The notes below the pieces were generated by a model that was given only the letters and a program-made list of their open reading frames with translations, was not told the origin of the DNA and searched no databases. A DNA stretch of 29,842 nucleotides from a virus (lineage: Duplodnaviria; Caudoviricetes), in the IMG/VR virus record IMGVR_UViG_3300030433_000547, positions 1-29,842 of that record. One strand, written 5' to 3'. How positions within the stretch are numbered: the stretch's first letter is position 1; each line of letters starts with the position of its first letter. Of this stretch, positions 8,786-16,816 are shown piece by piece. The position numbers and the translations under genes are program-made.

Positions 8786-9196
8786 ATGGCACATTTTGCA
8801 AAAGTTGAAGACGGAATAGTCACACAAGTAATTGTAGCAGATCAAGATTTTATAGATAATCATTGCACTGGCACATGGGTACAAACATCTTATAACACAA
8901 GATTGGGAGTGCATTATCAACCAAACTCAAACACACCATCAGAGGATCAATCTCTAGCATTAAGAGGTAATTTTGCAGGAGAGGGTTATATTTATGATGC
9001 AAGTAATGATGTGTTCTATTTACCACGCCCAAGCGATGAAAATGGTGAGTTCGCAAGTTGGACTTTAAACACAACAAAATGGGATTGGGAACCACCCATA
9101 CCTTTTCCAGAATATGAAGAAGATCAAAATTTTCGATGGAGTGAATCACTTTATCAATCTGATAATACAAAAGGCTGGGTAGATATCACAGAATGA
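8786..9196 (+). CDS. Conserved hypothetical protein accompanying the Gly-rich tail protein
   Basis: MAHFAK..V..VIV, W.QTSYNT, R.NFAG.GY.YD, SW.LN..W.PP.P.P motifs. Confidence 0.75.
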   Translation: MAHFAKVEDGIVTQVIVADQDFIDNHCTGTWVQTSYNTRLGVHYQPNSNTPSEDQSLALRGNFAGEGYIYDASNDVFYLPRPSDENGEFASWTLNTTKWDWEPPIPFPEYEEDQNFRWSESLYQSDNTKGWVDITE

Positions 9197-9822
9197 CATC
9201 TAAAGCTCCAGCAGAAATTATTAGACTAAGATATAAGCCAGAACCCAAAGAGCCACAAGTTCACTCTTTTTGGTGGAAGTTTCCAAATGTGGTAAGTGAT
9301 GAAATCTGTCAGAAAATTATAACACACGCTGAAAACAAATGGTCTGGTGCAAAAATTCAAGACGATAAAAATAAATCAACTCAAGTAAACGATATAAGAA
9401 AATCAGAAGTGGCATGGATAAATGATCAATGGCTTTATGATTTGGTTTTTGAGTTTATGTGGACAGCAAATAGAAGTGCTAATTGGAATTTTAAAATTCA
9501 ATCCGCAGAGGATATGCAAATAACTAGATATCAAGAAGGTGGATATTATCATTTTCATCAAGATGGTGATGGATTAAAGCCATATCATCAACCAGCGAAC
9601 AAATATTTACATGGTAAAACTAGAAAGTTATCAATGACAATAGTTTTAAATGAAGGATATGAGGGTGGTGAGTTTGAATTTGCTGATGATAAAACTTTAA
9701 TAAAAGAAAAGAAAGGCACAGTCCTTGTCTTTCCATCTTATCAACGTCATAGAGTAAAACCAATTACAAGTGGTGTTCGTTACTCTTTGGTGGTATGGTT
9801 TTTAGGAGAGCCATTTAGATAA
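9193..9822 (+). CDS. 2OG-Fe(II) oxygenase, prolyl-4-hydroxylase/PKHD-like
   Basis: Q.TRY..GGYY.FHQD, RKLS, YEGGEF, FPS...HRV.P.TSG.RYSLV.W: HxD...H triad and 2OG-binding RxS. Confidence 0.9.
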   Translation: MTSKAPAEIIRLRYKPEPKEPQVHSFWWKFPNVVSDEICQKIITHAENKWSGAKIQDDKNKSTQVNDIRKSEVAWINDQWLYDLVFEFMWTANRSANWNFKIQSAEDMQITRYQEGGYYHFHQDGDGLKPYHQPANKYLHGKTRKLSMTIVLNEGYEGGEFEFADDKTLIKEKKGTVLVFPSYQRHRVKPITSGVRYSLVVWFLGEPFR

Positions 9823-9848
9823 TCATATTTAGGAGGTAGCACAATAAT

Positions 9849-10436
9849 ATGATTAATTACCAATTTTTTTACAGTGGACCTTTATTGTTCAATACGACAA
9901 TTGAGGAATCTGATTTAATTAGAATAGAAAAAATATGTAACACTGACGTAGACTATAGTGAGCATTTAGCTGCAGTTATTGAGAGTCAAAGCAAAATTAA
10001 CGCACCTAATTATAGAGAGATTTTAAATCCTTATATAGAAATTTACAAACAAGCTTTTGAAGAATGGTATGGAGATAAGATAACAAAGAATATTTTAATA
10101 GAAGATGCTTGGGTTAATTTCATGAAGAAAAACGATTTTCAACCACCTCATATTCATCCAAGCTCATATATGGCTTCTGTGTTATTTTTAACTGATTTAA
10201 ATGATAAAGTAAAAAAAGAAAGAGATAATTATAAAGGGACTCACCCTGGTGGCCCAGCTAGTTTAAATTTTATATTTTCTACAAATCAATTAAACAATTT
10301 TATACAAGAACGTCATTTTGTACCGAGTAGGGGTCAGTTTTATATGTTCCCTGGCAGTCTTTTTCATTATGTATTTCCATATAAGTCTGATTTTACAAGA
10401 ATATCAGTAGCAGCAAACTTTAATTTTGAGAGATAA
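9849..10436 (+). CDS. 2OG-Fe(II) oxygenase (HxH, TIGR02466/Oxy_5-like)
   Basis: AGGAGG SD; WVN..FQPPHIH, FPG.L.HYV.P, RISVA.N. Confidence 0.85.
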   Translation: MINYQFFYSGPLLFNTTIEESDLIRIEKICNTDVDYSEHLAAVIESQSKINAPNYREILNPYIEIYKQAFEEWYGDKITKNILIEDAWVNFMKKNDFQPPHIHPSSYMASVLFLTDLNDKVKKERDNYKGTHPGGPASLNFIFSTNQLNNFIQERHFVPSRGQFYMFPGSLFHYVFPYKSDFTRISVAANFNFER

Positions 10437-10438
10437 GT

Positions 10439-10993
10439 ATGAGTAATGTATTTACAGAAGCAATGTTTACAATTCCTCTTTGGAGGCTAAAAACAAATAA
10501 TTTTGATTATAAAAAAAATCAATTGCAAACCTTATTCAATAAACACCAAGAAAAACAAAATGAAATAGCGGTTGGTGATTTTACGACAAATCGATATGAA
10601 ACAAATAATATAGTTAAAAGTTTTACCGAAATTTTAGCAGAAGAGCTACAAGCTATAACACAAGAAGTAAAGACTGATTTATCTATTAAGGAAGTTTGGT
10701 CAGTGTCATACAAAAGAAATGGATTTCATCCAATACATAATCATGGATCTACTGGTCTGTCTGGCATACTTTATTTAGACTTTCCACAAGGCGTGCCTCC
10801 AACTTCTTTTGTTCAACCTTGGAATAATATTTTTACAGACAATAGTGTATATTGTACACCACAAGTAAGAGAGGGTGATATAGTTGTTGTTCCCTCTAAT
10901 ATATTTCATTTTACTCAACCAAATAGAACAGATAAACTTAAAAGAACCATTTCTTGGGACATGGCTATACACACCGATACAAAAATTACTTAA
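10439..10993 (+). CDS. 2OG-Fe(II) oxygenase (HxH, Oxy_5-like)
   Basis: WSVSY...FH.IHNH, SGILYL, EGD.VV.PS...HFT.PN, R.ISWD. Confidence 0.85.
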   Translation: MSNVFTEAMFTIPLWRLKTNNFDYKKNQLQTLFNKHQEKQNEIAVGDFTTNRYETNNIVKSFTEILAEELQAITQEVKTDLSIKEVWSVSYKRNGFHPIHNHGSTGLSGILYLDFPQGVPPTSFVQPWNNIFTDNSVYCTPQVREGDIVVVPSNIFHFTQPNRTDKLKRTISWDMAIHTDTKIT

Positions 10994-10995
10994 AC

Positions 10996-11649
10996 ATGGA
11001 ATTGCATACATATAGAATAGATAAAAGCAAATCACCTTTTGCACCAATATTTGAATTTACACTTGGCATTACAGATGTAACAAAAGAAATAAATATTGAT
11101 AAATTAAAAAAAGACCTATTAACAAAAGAAAAAGAAATAATACATAAGTATCCACCAGAAAATGATGGTGGAACAAATTTAGGCAATGATAGTGTAACTA
11201 CACGATATCCTCATTACACACTATGGCAATTTAAAGAATTTAGTTATCTAAAAAAGGTAATAAAAAAACATCATGATATCTATTGCAAAAGCTTAAATAT
11301 AACAAATGACAAAGTATTCGCTCAAGCTTGGTTTAATGTCATGAGGTTGGGAGAAAAGATTGATAGGCATCAACATAATTTTACTCAATATTCATATTTA
11401 AGTGCTCACTTAACAGTAAATGCAGAACAAACTCATACATATTACTATGAGCCTTACACTCAAAATAAATGGGCAGAAAAAAATGAAAATGGTAAATTAA
11501 CCTTTTTTCCTTCTTGGGTTGACCATGAGACAAGTCGTGTTGAAAAACAACAAGAAAGAATTACTATTGCACTCGATATTGTAAACAAAGTAGGTTTTGA
11601 AGAAGATATATTTGATAACAAAAAACATAGGTGGCATGAGTTAAAATGA
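10996..11649 (+). CDS. 2OG-Fe(II) oxygenase (HxH, Oxy_5-like)
   Basis: AWFNVM..GEKI..HQH, LTFFPSWV.HET, RITIALD; start moved from 10954 to in-frame ATG 10996 just after the previous stop. Confidence 0.8.
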   Translation: MELHTYRIDKSKSPFAPIFEFTLGITDVTKEINIDKLKKDLLTKEKEIIHKYPPENDGGTNLGNDSVTTRYPHYTLWQFKEFSYLKKVIKKHHDIYCKSLNITNDKVFAQAWFNVMRLGEKIDRHQHNFTQYSYLSAHLTVNAEQTHTYYYEPYTQNKWAEKNENGKLTFFPSWVDHETSRVEKQQERITIALDIVNKVGFEEDIFDNKKHRWHELK

Positions 11650-12143
11650 AGCTAATACAGAATTTTTTAGATAAAAAAACTTTTGATGATATATATCATT
11701 TAATACAATCGCCTGGTAATTTTAATTGGTACTATACTCCAAACGTTGCTTTTCATAAAGACACTTATGGCTTTATGTTCAATCACACTTTTTTAAATGA
11801 GGATGGCATACAGAGTGTATATTTTAACCAAATAATAACACCTATTATTAATCCTTTGCCTATAAGATATTTAGTAAGAGCTAAAGCTAATTTATACACA
11901 AAACAAGATCATAATATTAAACACAAATTTCATATAGATGATTCAACTTTAGATAAATATAAGGTAGGACTATTTAGTTTAAACACTAATGATGGATATA
12001 CAGAGTTTGAAGATGGCAGTATTATGAAATCTGTTGCTAATCAAATGTGTATCTTTGATGGAAGTATAAAACATCGGTCTGTTACACAAACGGATACTAA
12101 AGTAAGGTTGAATATAAATTTAAATTTTGTAGAGTATGAATAA
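11646..12143 (+). CDS. 2OG-Fe(II) oxygenase (HxD; cyanophage/pelagiphage-type)
   Basis: RAKANLY..HKFHID, NTNDGYTEF, FDG...HRS, R.NIN.NF. Confidence 0.8.
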   Translation: MKLIQNFLDKKTFDDIYHLIQSPGNFNWYYTPNVAFHKDTYGFMFNHTFLNEDGIQSVYFNQIITPIINPLPIRYLVRAKANLYTKQDHNIKHKFHIDDSTLDKYKVGLFSLNTNDGYTEFEDGSIMKSVANQMCIFDGSIKHRSVTQTDTKVRLNINLNFVEYE

Positions 12144-12706
12144 TGTTTTTTAAAGTTATAGATGATTTTCTGCACAAAACTTATTTTAAAGAGATGCAAC
12201 AATCTTTAGAGTCAGATGAGTTTCCTTGGTATTTTAATAAAAATATAACATATAATAATGAAGAGGCAGACAATGTTTTTCAAGATTTTGGTTTTACACA
12301 TTGGTTTGTTCATGAAGAAAATGGTCTTACAGACACACAATTATCACATTTTATGAAACCTTTTATAAGTCAAATAATGGATACCATAGACTACAATAAA
12401 GTTTTAAGAGCAAGGGCAGACATGGTAACATGGACGCAAAATAATTTTTTACATGAAGCTCATCAAGATTTTGCATTTCCTCATAAAGCTTGTGTTTTTT
12501 ATATAAATCAATCAGATGGTGACACTGTGTTTTACAATGTAACAAAAAATGATTATAATGATAAATGTAAGATACAAGAAAGGGTTTCACCTAAACCTAA
12601 TAGGTTGGTAATTTTTGATGGAGATTTAATGCACTCTGGGCATTCACCAAGTCAACACAAAAGAAGAATTATAATTAACTCTAATTTTATTAAAGTGGAT
12701 AATTAA
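12143..12706 (+). CDS. 2OG-Fe(II) oxygenase (HxD; paralog-like to previous gene)
   Basis: FPWY, RARA, HEAHQD, YIN.SDGDT.F, PKPNRLVIFDG..MHSG, RIIINSNF. Confidence 0.8.
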   Translation: MFFKVIDDFLHKTYFKEMQQSLESDEFPWYFNKNITYNNEEADNVFQDFGFTHWFVHEENGLTDTQLSHFMKPFISQIMDTIDYNKVLRARADMVTWTQNNFLHEAHQDFAFPHKACVFYINQSDGDTVFYNVTKNDYNDKCKIQERVSPKPNRLVIFDGDLMHSGHSPSQHKRRIIINSNFIKVDN

Positions 12707-13279
12707 ATGCCCATAACAAGTTTAAAATTTAGACCAGGTATAAACAAAGAGACAACCTCTTACTCTAATAAGGGGGGTTGGAATGATTGTGATCTAGTTC
12801 GTTTTCGATTTGGATTTCCAGAGAAACTAGGTGGTTGGGAGAAGTATAGTGAATCTACTTTTTTAGGCACTTCAAGATCACTTCACGCTTGGGCAAACTT
12901 AGAAGGCAATAAATATTTAGGATTAGGCACAGAGATTAAATTTTATATTGAGGAATCTGAATCATACAATGATATTACACCATTAAGGAGAAAAGTAGTA
13001 AGCGGCGTAACTGTTTTTGATTTAAATGGTTTGACAGTAATTGCCACATCTTCTGGTAACGCTGGAACAGGTGCAATTGGCACAGTTACAGTAAATGCAC
13101 AAGCTAATGATACTCTCGCTCCTGTATCGTCAACAGGTGTAACATCAACTGGTGAACTTGGAACTGTAACTCAACAAGAAACAACACCAGCAGGTGTAAG
13201 CGCTCTCGGATCTGTGACTATAGAAACAACAGTGGTGCCAACAAACATAACAGTAACTGATTTTACGGATGAATCATAA
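12707..13279 (+). CDS. N-terminal part of tail nozzle/stabilisation protein plus TG-repeat extension
   Basis: F.PGINKE.T.Y...GGW.D.D.VRFR.G.PEKLGGW...DITPLR is the usual nozzle N-terminus; last 90 aa are GTGAIGTVTV-type repeats. Confidence 0.7.
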   Translation: MPITSLKFRPGINKETTSYSNKGGWNDCDLVRFRFGFPEKLGGWEKYSESTFLGTSRSLHAWANLEGNKYLGLGTEIKFYIEESESYNDITPLRRKVVSGVTVFDLNGLTVIATSSGNAGTGAIGTVTVNAQANDTLAPVSSTGVTSTGELGTVTQQETTPAGVSALGSVTIETTVVPTNITVTDFTDES

Positions 13280-14820
13280 TGGCAATAACATTTACTTCTG
13301 CAACAGATAGCACAACAGTAACTGTAAATGACGCTTCTCACGGAGCTTTGGTTGGAGATTTTGTTACATTTAGTAATGCCCAAACTGGCGATACTTCTCT
13401 AAATACACAACTTAACATAGAACATGAAATTAAGACTGTGCCAACCTCAGGAACTTATACTATAACATTGTCTGCAAATGCCGCAGCTGCTTTGTCTAGT
13501 GCGGGTAGTGCAGATGCAGAATATCAGCTTAATATAGGCCTTAATACAGTCGTTCCAGGCTCTGGATGGGGCGCAGGTACATGGGGTGCAGATGGCTGGG
13601 GCTCTGCTTCATCAGAGGTTGTAGGCGGTGGAACCTTAAGACTGTGGTCACAAGATAACTTTGGTGAAGACTTAATATTTAATGAAAAAGATGGATTTGT
13701 TTTTTACTGGGACAAAACATTAGGCACTAGCTCAAGAGCACAAAATTTAATAGAGTTATCTGACGCTGCGCCAACTAAATCCAGAAAAGTTATTGTGTCT
13801 GAAAGAGATCGTCATGTAATTTGTTTTGGTGCAAATCCTATAAATACTTCAACTCAAGACAGATTGTTAGTTAGATTTAGTTCTCAAGAAAATCCTTTTC
13901 TTTGGACACCTACTGCAACTAACACAGCAGGCAGTTTGAGAATAGGAACAGGCTCCGAGATTGTTACCGCAGTCAAAACAAGAAGAGAAATGATTATTTT
14001 AACAGATACCTCCGTTCATAGTATGCAGTTTATAGGGCCTCCTTTTACTTTTGGGATCAATCAACTCGCTAGTAGTATAACTGTAAGAGGTTTTAACAGT
14101 GCGGTAGCCGTTGGCGATGCAGTATTTTGGATGGGATATGATAGATTTTATATTTACGATGGTCGTGTTCAAGTTATACCTTGTTCTGTAAGAGATCATG
14201 TCTTTAAAGATTTTAATGAAACACAGTCTGATAAGATATACGCAGGTGTTAATTCAGCTTTTGGAGAGGTTTTTTGGTTTTATCCGTCACAAACTAATGC
14301 AATTGCAAATGGTGGCAATGGTGAAAATGATAAATATGTTGTGTATAACTACGATCAAAAGATTTGGTATGTTGGTAGTCTTGCTAGAAGTTCTTGGCTA
14401 GACAGAGGTGTGTATCAATATCCAATGGCCACAGACTCTAACCTTGTTTACAACCATGAAAAAGGTAATGACAATGATGGAACTGCCTTTACATCATTTA
14501 TTGAGTCAAGTCCAATAGATGTGCAAGACGGCGATCAGTTCGTGTTTTTAAGACGCATGATACCCGACATAAGCTTCGACAATAGTGATTCAAATATTAG
14601 TAATGATAACAAACAAGCAGTGTTGTCTTTAAAAGCACAACGTAGTCCAAATGGGGGTTTTGTAAAAACGTCAACCAATACAGTGACATCAACAACTGAA
14701 TTAAACCATTTAAGGTTGCGAGGCCGATCATTTGGTCTTAGAGTAGAAAGCACAACTCAAGGTGTTAACTGGAGATTAGGCACACAAAGAGTAGATTTGA
14801 GAGCGGATGGAGATAGATGA
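13279..14820 (+). CDS. Tail nozzle / stabilisation protein (P22 gp10 / tubular B-like), main part
   Basis: HG..GDFVTFS Ig-like insert, WS.DNFGE.L, VRFSSQE, AGS.R, MQFIGPPFTFG, FWMG, LRGR, WRLG..R.D...DG.R. Confidence 0.75.
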   Translation: MAITFTSATDSTTVTVNDASHGALVGDFVTFSNAQTGDTSLNTQLNIEHEIKTVPTSGTYTITLSANAAAALSSAGSADAEYQLNIGLNTVVPGSGWGAGTWGADGWGSASSEVVGGGTLRLWSQDNFGEDLIFNEKDGFVFYWDKTLGTSSRAQNLIELSDAAPTKSRKVIVSERDRHVICFGANPINTSTQDRLLVRFSSQENPFLWTPTATNTAGSLRIGTGSEIVTAVKTRREMIILTDTSVHSMQFIGPPFTFGINQLASSITVRGFNSAVAVGDAVFWMGYDRFYIYDGRVQVIPCSVRDHVFKDFNETQSDKIYAGVNSAFGEVFWFYPSQTNAIANGGNGENDKYVVYNYDQKIWYVGSLARSSWLDRGVYQYPMATDSNLVYNHEKGNDNDGTAFTSFIESSPIDVQDGDQFVFLRRMIPDISFDNSDSNISNDNKQAVLSLKAQRSPNGGFVKTSTNTVTSTTELNHLRLRGRSFGLRVESTTQGVNWRLGTQRVDLRADGDR

Positions 14821-15044
14821 GCAGACAATTAGTACCACCAAATTTTTCACTACCACCAGATGAATATGATCCGCAATATTTTAGCGAGATGGTACGAAGT
14901 TTAAGTCAATTAGTTACACAACTTCAAAACCCTGGTGAACTTCGAGGCACTAAGATTACTTTGACGGACTTGCCAACAAGTGATACAGGTTTAGAGGTAG
15001 GTGCTTTATTTAACGATAATGGCACAATTAAAGTAAAGCAATAG
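14817..15044 (+). CDS. Small hypothetical virion protein
   Basis: GGAG SD, ATGA overlap; P.EYD..Y, LPTS..GL..G.LF.DNG motifs; typical position after nozzle. Confidence 0.75.
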   Translation: MSRQLVPPNFSLPPDEYDPQYFSEMVRSLSQLVTQLQNPGELRGTKITLTDLPTSDTGLEVGALFNDNGTIKVKQ

Positions 15045-15070
15045 ACGTATTATGAAAAGTAAGGTAATAT
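15042..15070 (+). promoter_or_regulatory. Possible sigma70 promoter for the ejection-protein genes
   Basis: TAGACG (15042-47), 17 bp, TAATAT (15065-70) in one of few intergenic gaps. Confidence 0.3.
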
Positions 15071-15075
15071 AAAGC

Positions 15076-15882
15076 ATGAGTTTAGGAGACCTAATAAAAG
15101 ATATTGCACCTGTGCTTATAGGAGCAACTTTAGGACCTGGAATAGCTGGTGCTGGAGTTAATCCTTTTATTAGTAGATTAGCCACAGGAGCTATAACTTC
15201 TAAATTAGCTGGTGGCAAAAACAAAGATGCTGTACGAAACGCTTTACTTGCAGGCATAGGTGGTATGGCATTTGATAATTTTTCTGGTCAACAGGCACCT
15301 GTTGAGGGAACTAATGTTCGTTCTGATCTACCTTCTGGCAGCAGAGGGTCTGGTCAATTTTTAGACAATAGAGGGACAAATCAAGCGGCAGCAAAAATTA
15401 TGAGTAGTAAACCACCTGTTGAGCAAACAAAAGACGCTATAGAAGGTATAAAAAACAGAACATTCACTGGTGAGTTATTAAAATCTGCAGGAATTGGTGA
15501 TGATAATCTATTAGCCAGGTTATTAAATACAAGAGTTGGTGAAGGTCTCACAGCAGGGTTAATAGCACAATTATTAGCTGGAGATGATGACGAAGAACAA
15601 CAAAGAGAGTTTCAACAAAGACCATTTGGGTTTGGTGGTCCTGGAGGTCAATTAGGTGGTATAACTTATAGGGCTGAGGGTGGTCCTATGAACTTTCCAA
15701 GAAGAACTGGTGGTATTGATCCATCTGAGGGCTCTGGCACAAAAGATGATGTGCCAGCTATGCTTATGGCTGGCGAGTTTGTTTTAACAAAAGATGCAGT
15801 AAAGGGTCTTGGTGATGGGAATCAAAGAAAAGGTATACAAAGAGCCTATGACATGATGAGTAATTTAGAGGCGAGGGCGTAA
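15076..15882 (+). CDS. Putative internal virion / ejection protein
   Basis: Gly/Ala-rich hydrophobic N-terminus; C-terminal AEGG ... G.GT.DDVPAML..GEFVLT.DAV motif. Confidence 0.65.
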   Translation: MSLGDLIKDIAPVLIGATLGPGIAGAGVNPFISRLATGAITSKLAGGKNKDAVRNALLAGIGGMAFDNFSGQQAPVEGTNVRSDLPSGSRGSGQFLDNRGTNQAAAKIMSSKPPVEQTKDAIEGIKNRTFTGELLKSAGIGDDNLLARLLNTRVGEGLTAGLIAQLLAGDDDEEQQREFQQRPFGFGGPGGQLGGITYRAEGGPMNFPRRTGGIDPSEGSGTKDDVPAMLMAGEFVLTKDAVKGLGDGNQRKGIQRAYDMMSNLEARA

Positions 15883-16814
15883 TGGCAGTACAAACTTATG
15901 AAAATATACAAAGATTACCTCCCTTTTTAGAGGGTCTACAAAAAAGGCTATTGCAGTCAGCTTTTGGCACGTTTGATGGTGAAGCACAAACTACGCCAGG
16001 ATTGTTGGATCGTCCTCTTGGTCTGCCAGGTATACAAATTGCTGGCACAGATCCGCTTACAGCTAGAGCAGCGGAACTCGGCGAGCAAATGGTTGGCACT
16101 GCACGACCTTTTTTACAGGGTGCAGCCGACCAATCACTTGCAGCACAACAAGCTTTGACAAGTGGTTTAGGATTTTTACAACCTGAATCAATACAAAGAT
16201 TTCAAAATCCGTTTCAAGATCAAGTTATTGATGTTGCACTTCGTGAACTTGATAGGCAAGCTGATATGCGTAGAGCTGGAGCAGATGCTGCGGCAGTCAG
16301 GTCTGGGGCTTTTGGAGGATCAAGAGAAGGCGTACAAAGAGCAGAAACAGAAAGAGGTTTACAACAAGTTAAAGGCGATACTTTATCAAGACTATTATCA
16401 CAAGGGTTTGGGCAAGCCTTAAAAGCATCACAAGAGGCTGGAAGGTTATCAGGTGGTTTGGGTCAAGCATTTGGCACTTTAGCTGGTACAACAAGCGATA
16501 TTGGTCGTTTACAACAGGCTTTAGGTCAAGCAGACATATCTCAATTAACACAATTAGGTGCGTTAAGACAAAGACAACAACAAGCACAATTAGATGCACA
16601 AAGAGCAAACTTGTTACAACAAGCACAAGAGCCTTTTACTAGATTACAGTTAGGTCAAAACTTACTACAAGGTATGCCGAGCGCAAGTATTCCGTCAACA
16701 TTCACACAAGCCACACAACCAGCTGCAAATCCATTTTTGCAAGGTATTGGTGCATATACAACATTATCACAGATAGCTCCATTTGGGGGTAACAAAGGAA
16801 CAGTAGGCAACTAG
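15882..16814 (+). CDS. Putative DNA transfer / pilot protein
   Basis: Q/A-rich helical; NPFQ.QVI, GAFGGSR motifs. Confidence 0.65.
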   Translation: MAVQTYENIQRLPPFLEGLQKRLLQSAFGTFDGEAQTTPGLLDRPLGLPGIQIAGTDPLTARAAELGEQMVGTARPFLQGAADQSLAAQQALTSGLGFLQPESIQRFQNPFQDQVIDVALRELDRQADMRRAGADAAAVRSGAFGGSREGVQRAETERGLQQVKGDTLSRLLSQGFGQALKASQEAGRLSGGLGQAFGTLAGTTSDIGRLQQALGQADISQLTQLGALRQRQQQAQLDAQRANLLQQAQEPFTRLQLGQNLLQGMPSASIPSTFTQATQPAANPFLQGIGAYTTLSQIAPFGGNKGTVGN

Positions 16815-16816
16815 AC

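Noticed and set aside
4535-9196. Diversity-generating retroelement or invertible fibre cassette
   Set aside because: No reverse transcriptase, invertase, or template/variable repeat pair noticed.
10954-10995. Upstream start for the fourth oxygenase
   Set aside because: Would overlap the previous gene by 40 nt; ATG 10996 directly after the stop fits the operon pattern.
11646-12143. Annotation as DNA endonuclease V, a label I recall on similar phage proteins
   Set aside because: Sequence shows HxD...H...R oxygenase signature and no DenV-like features.
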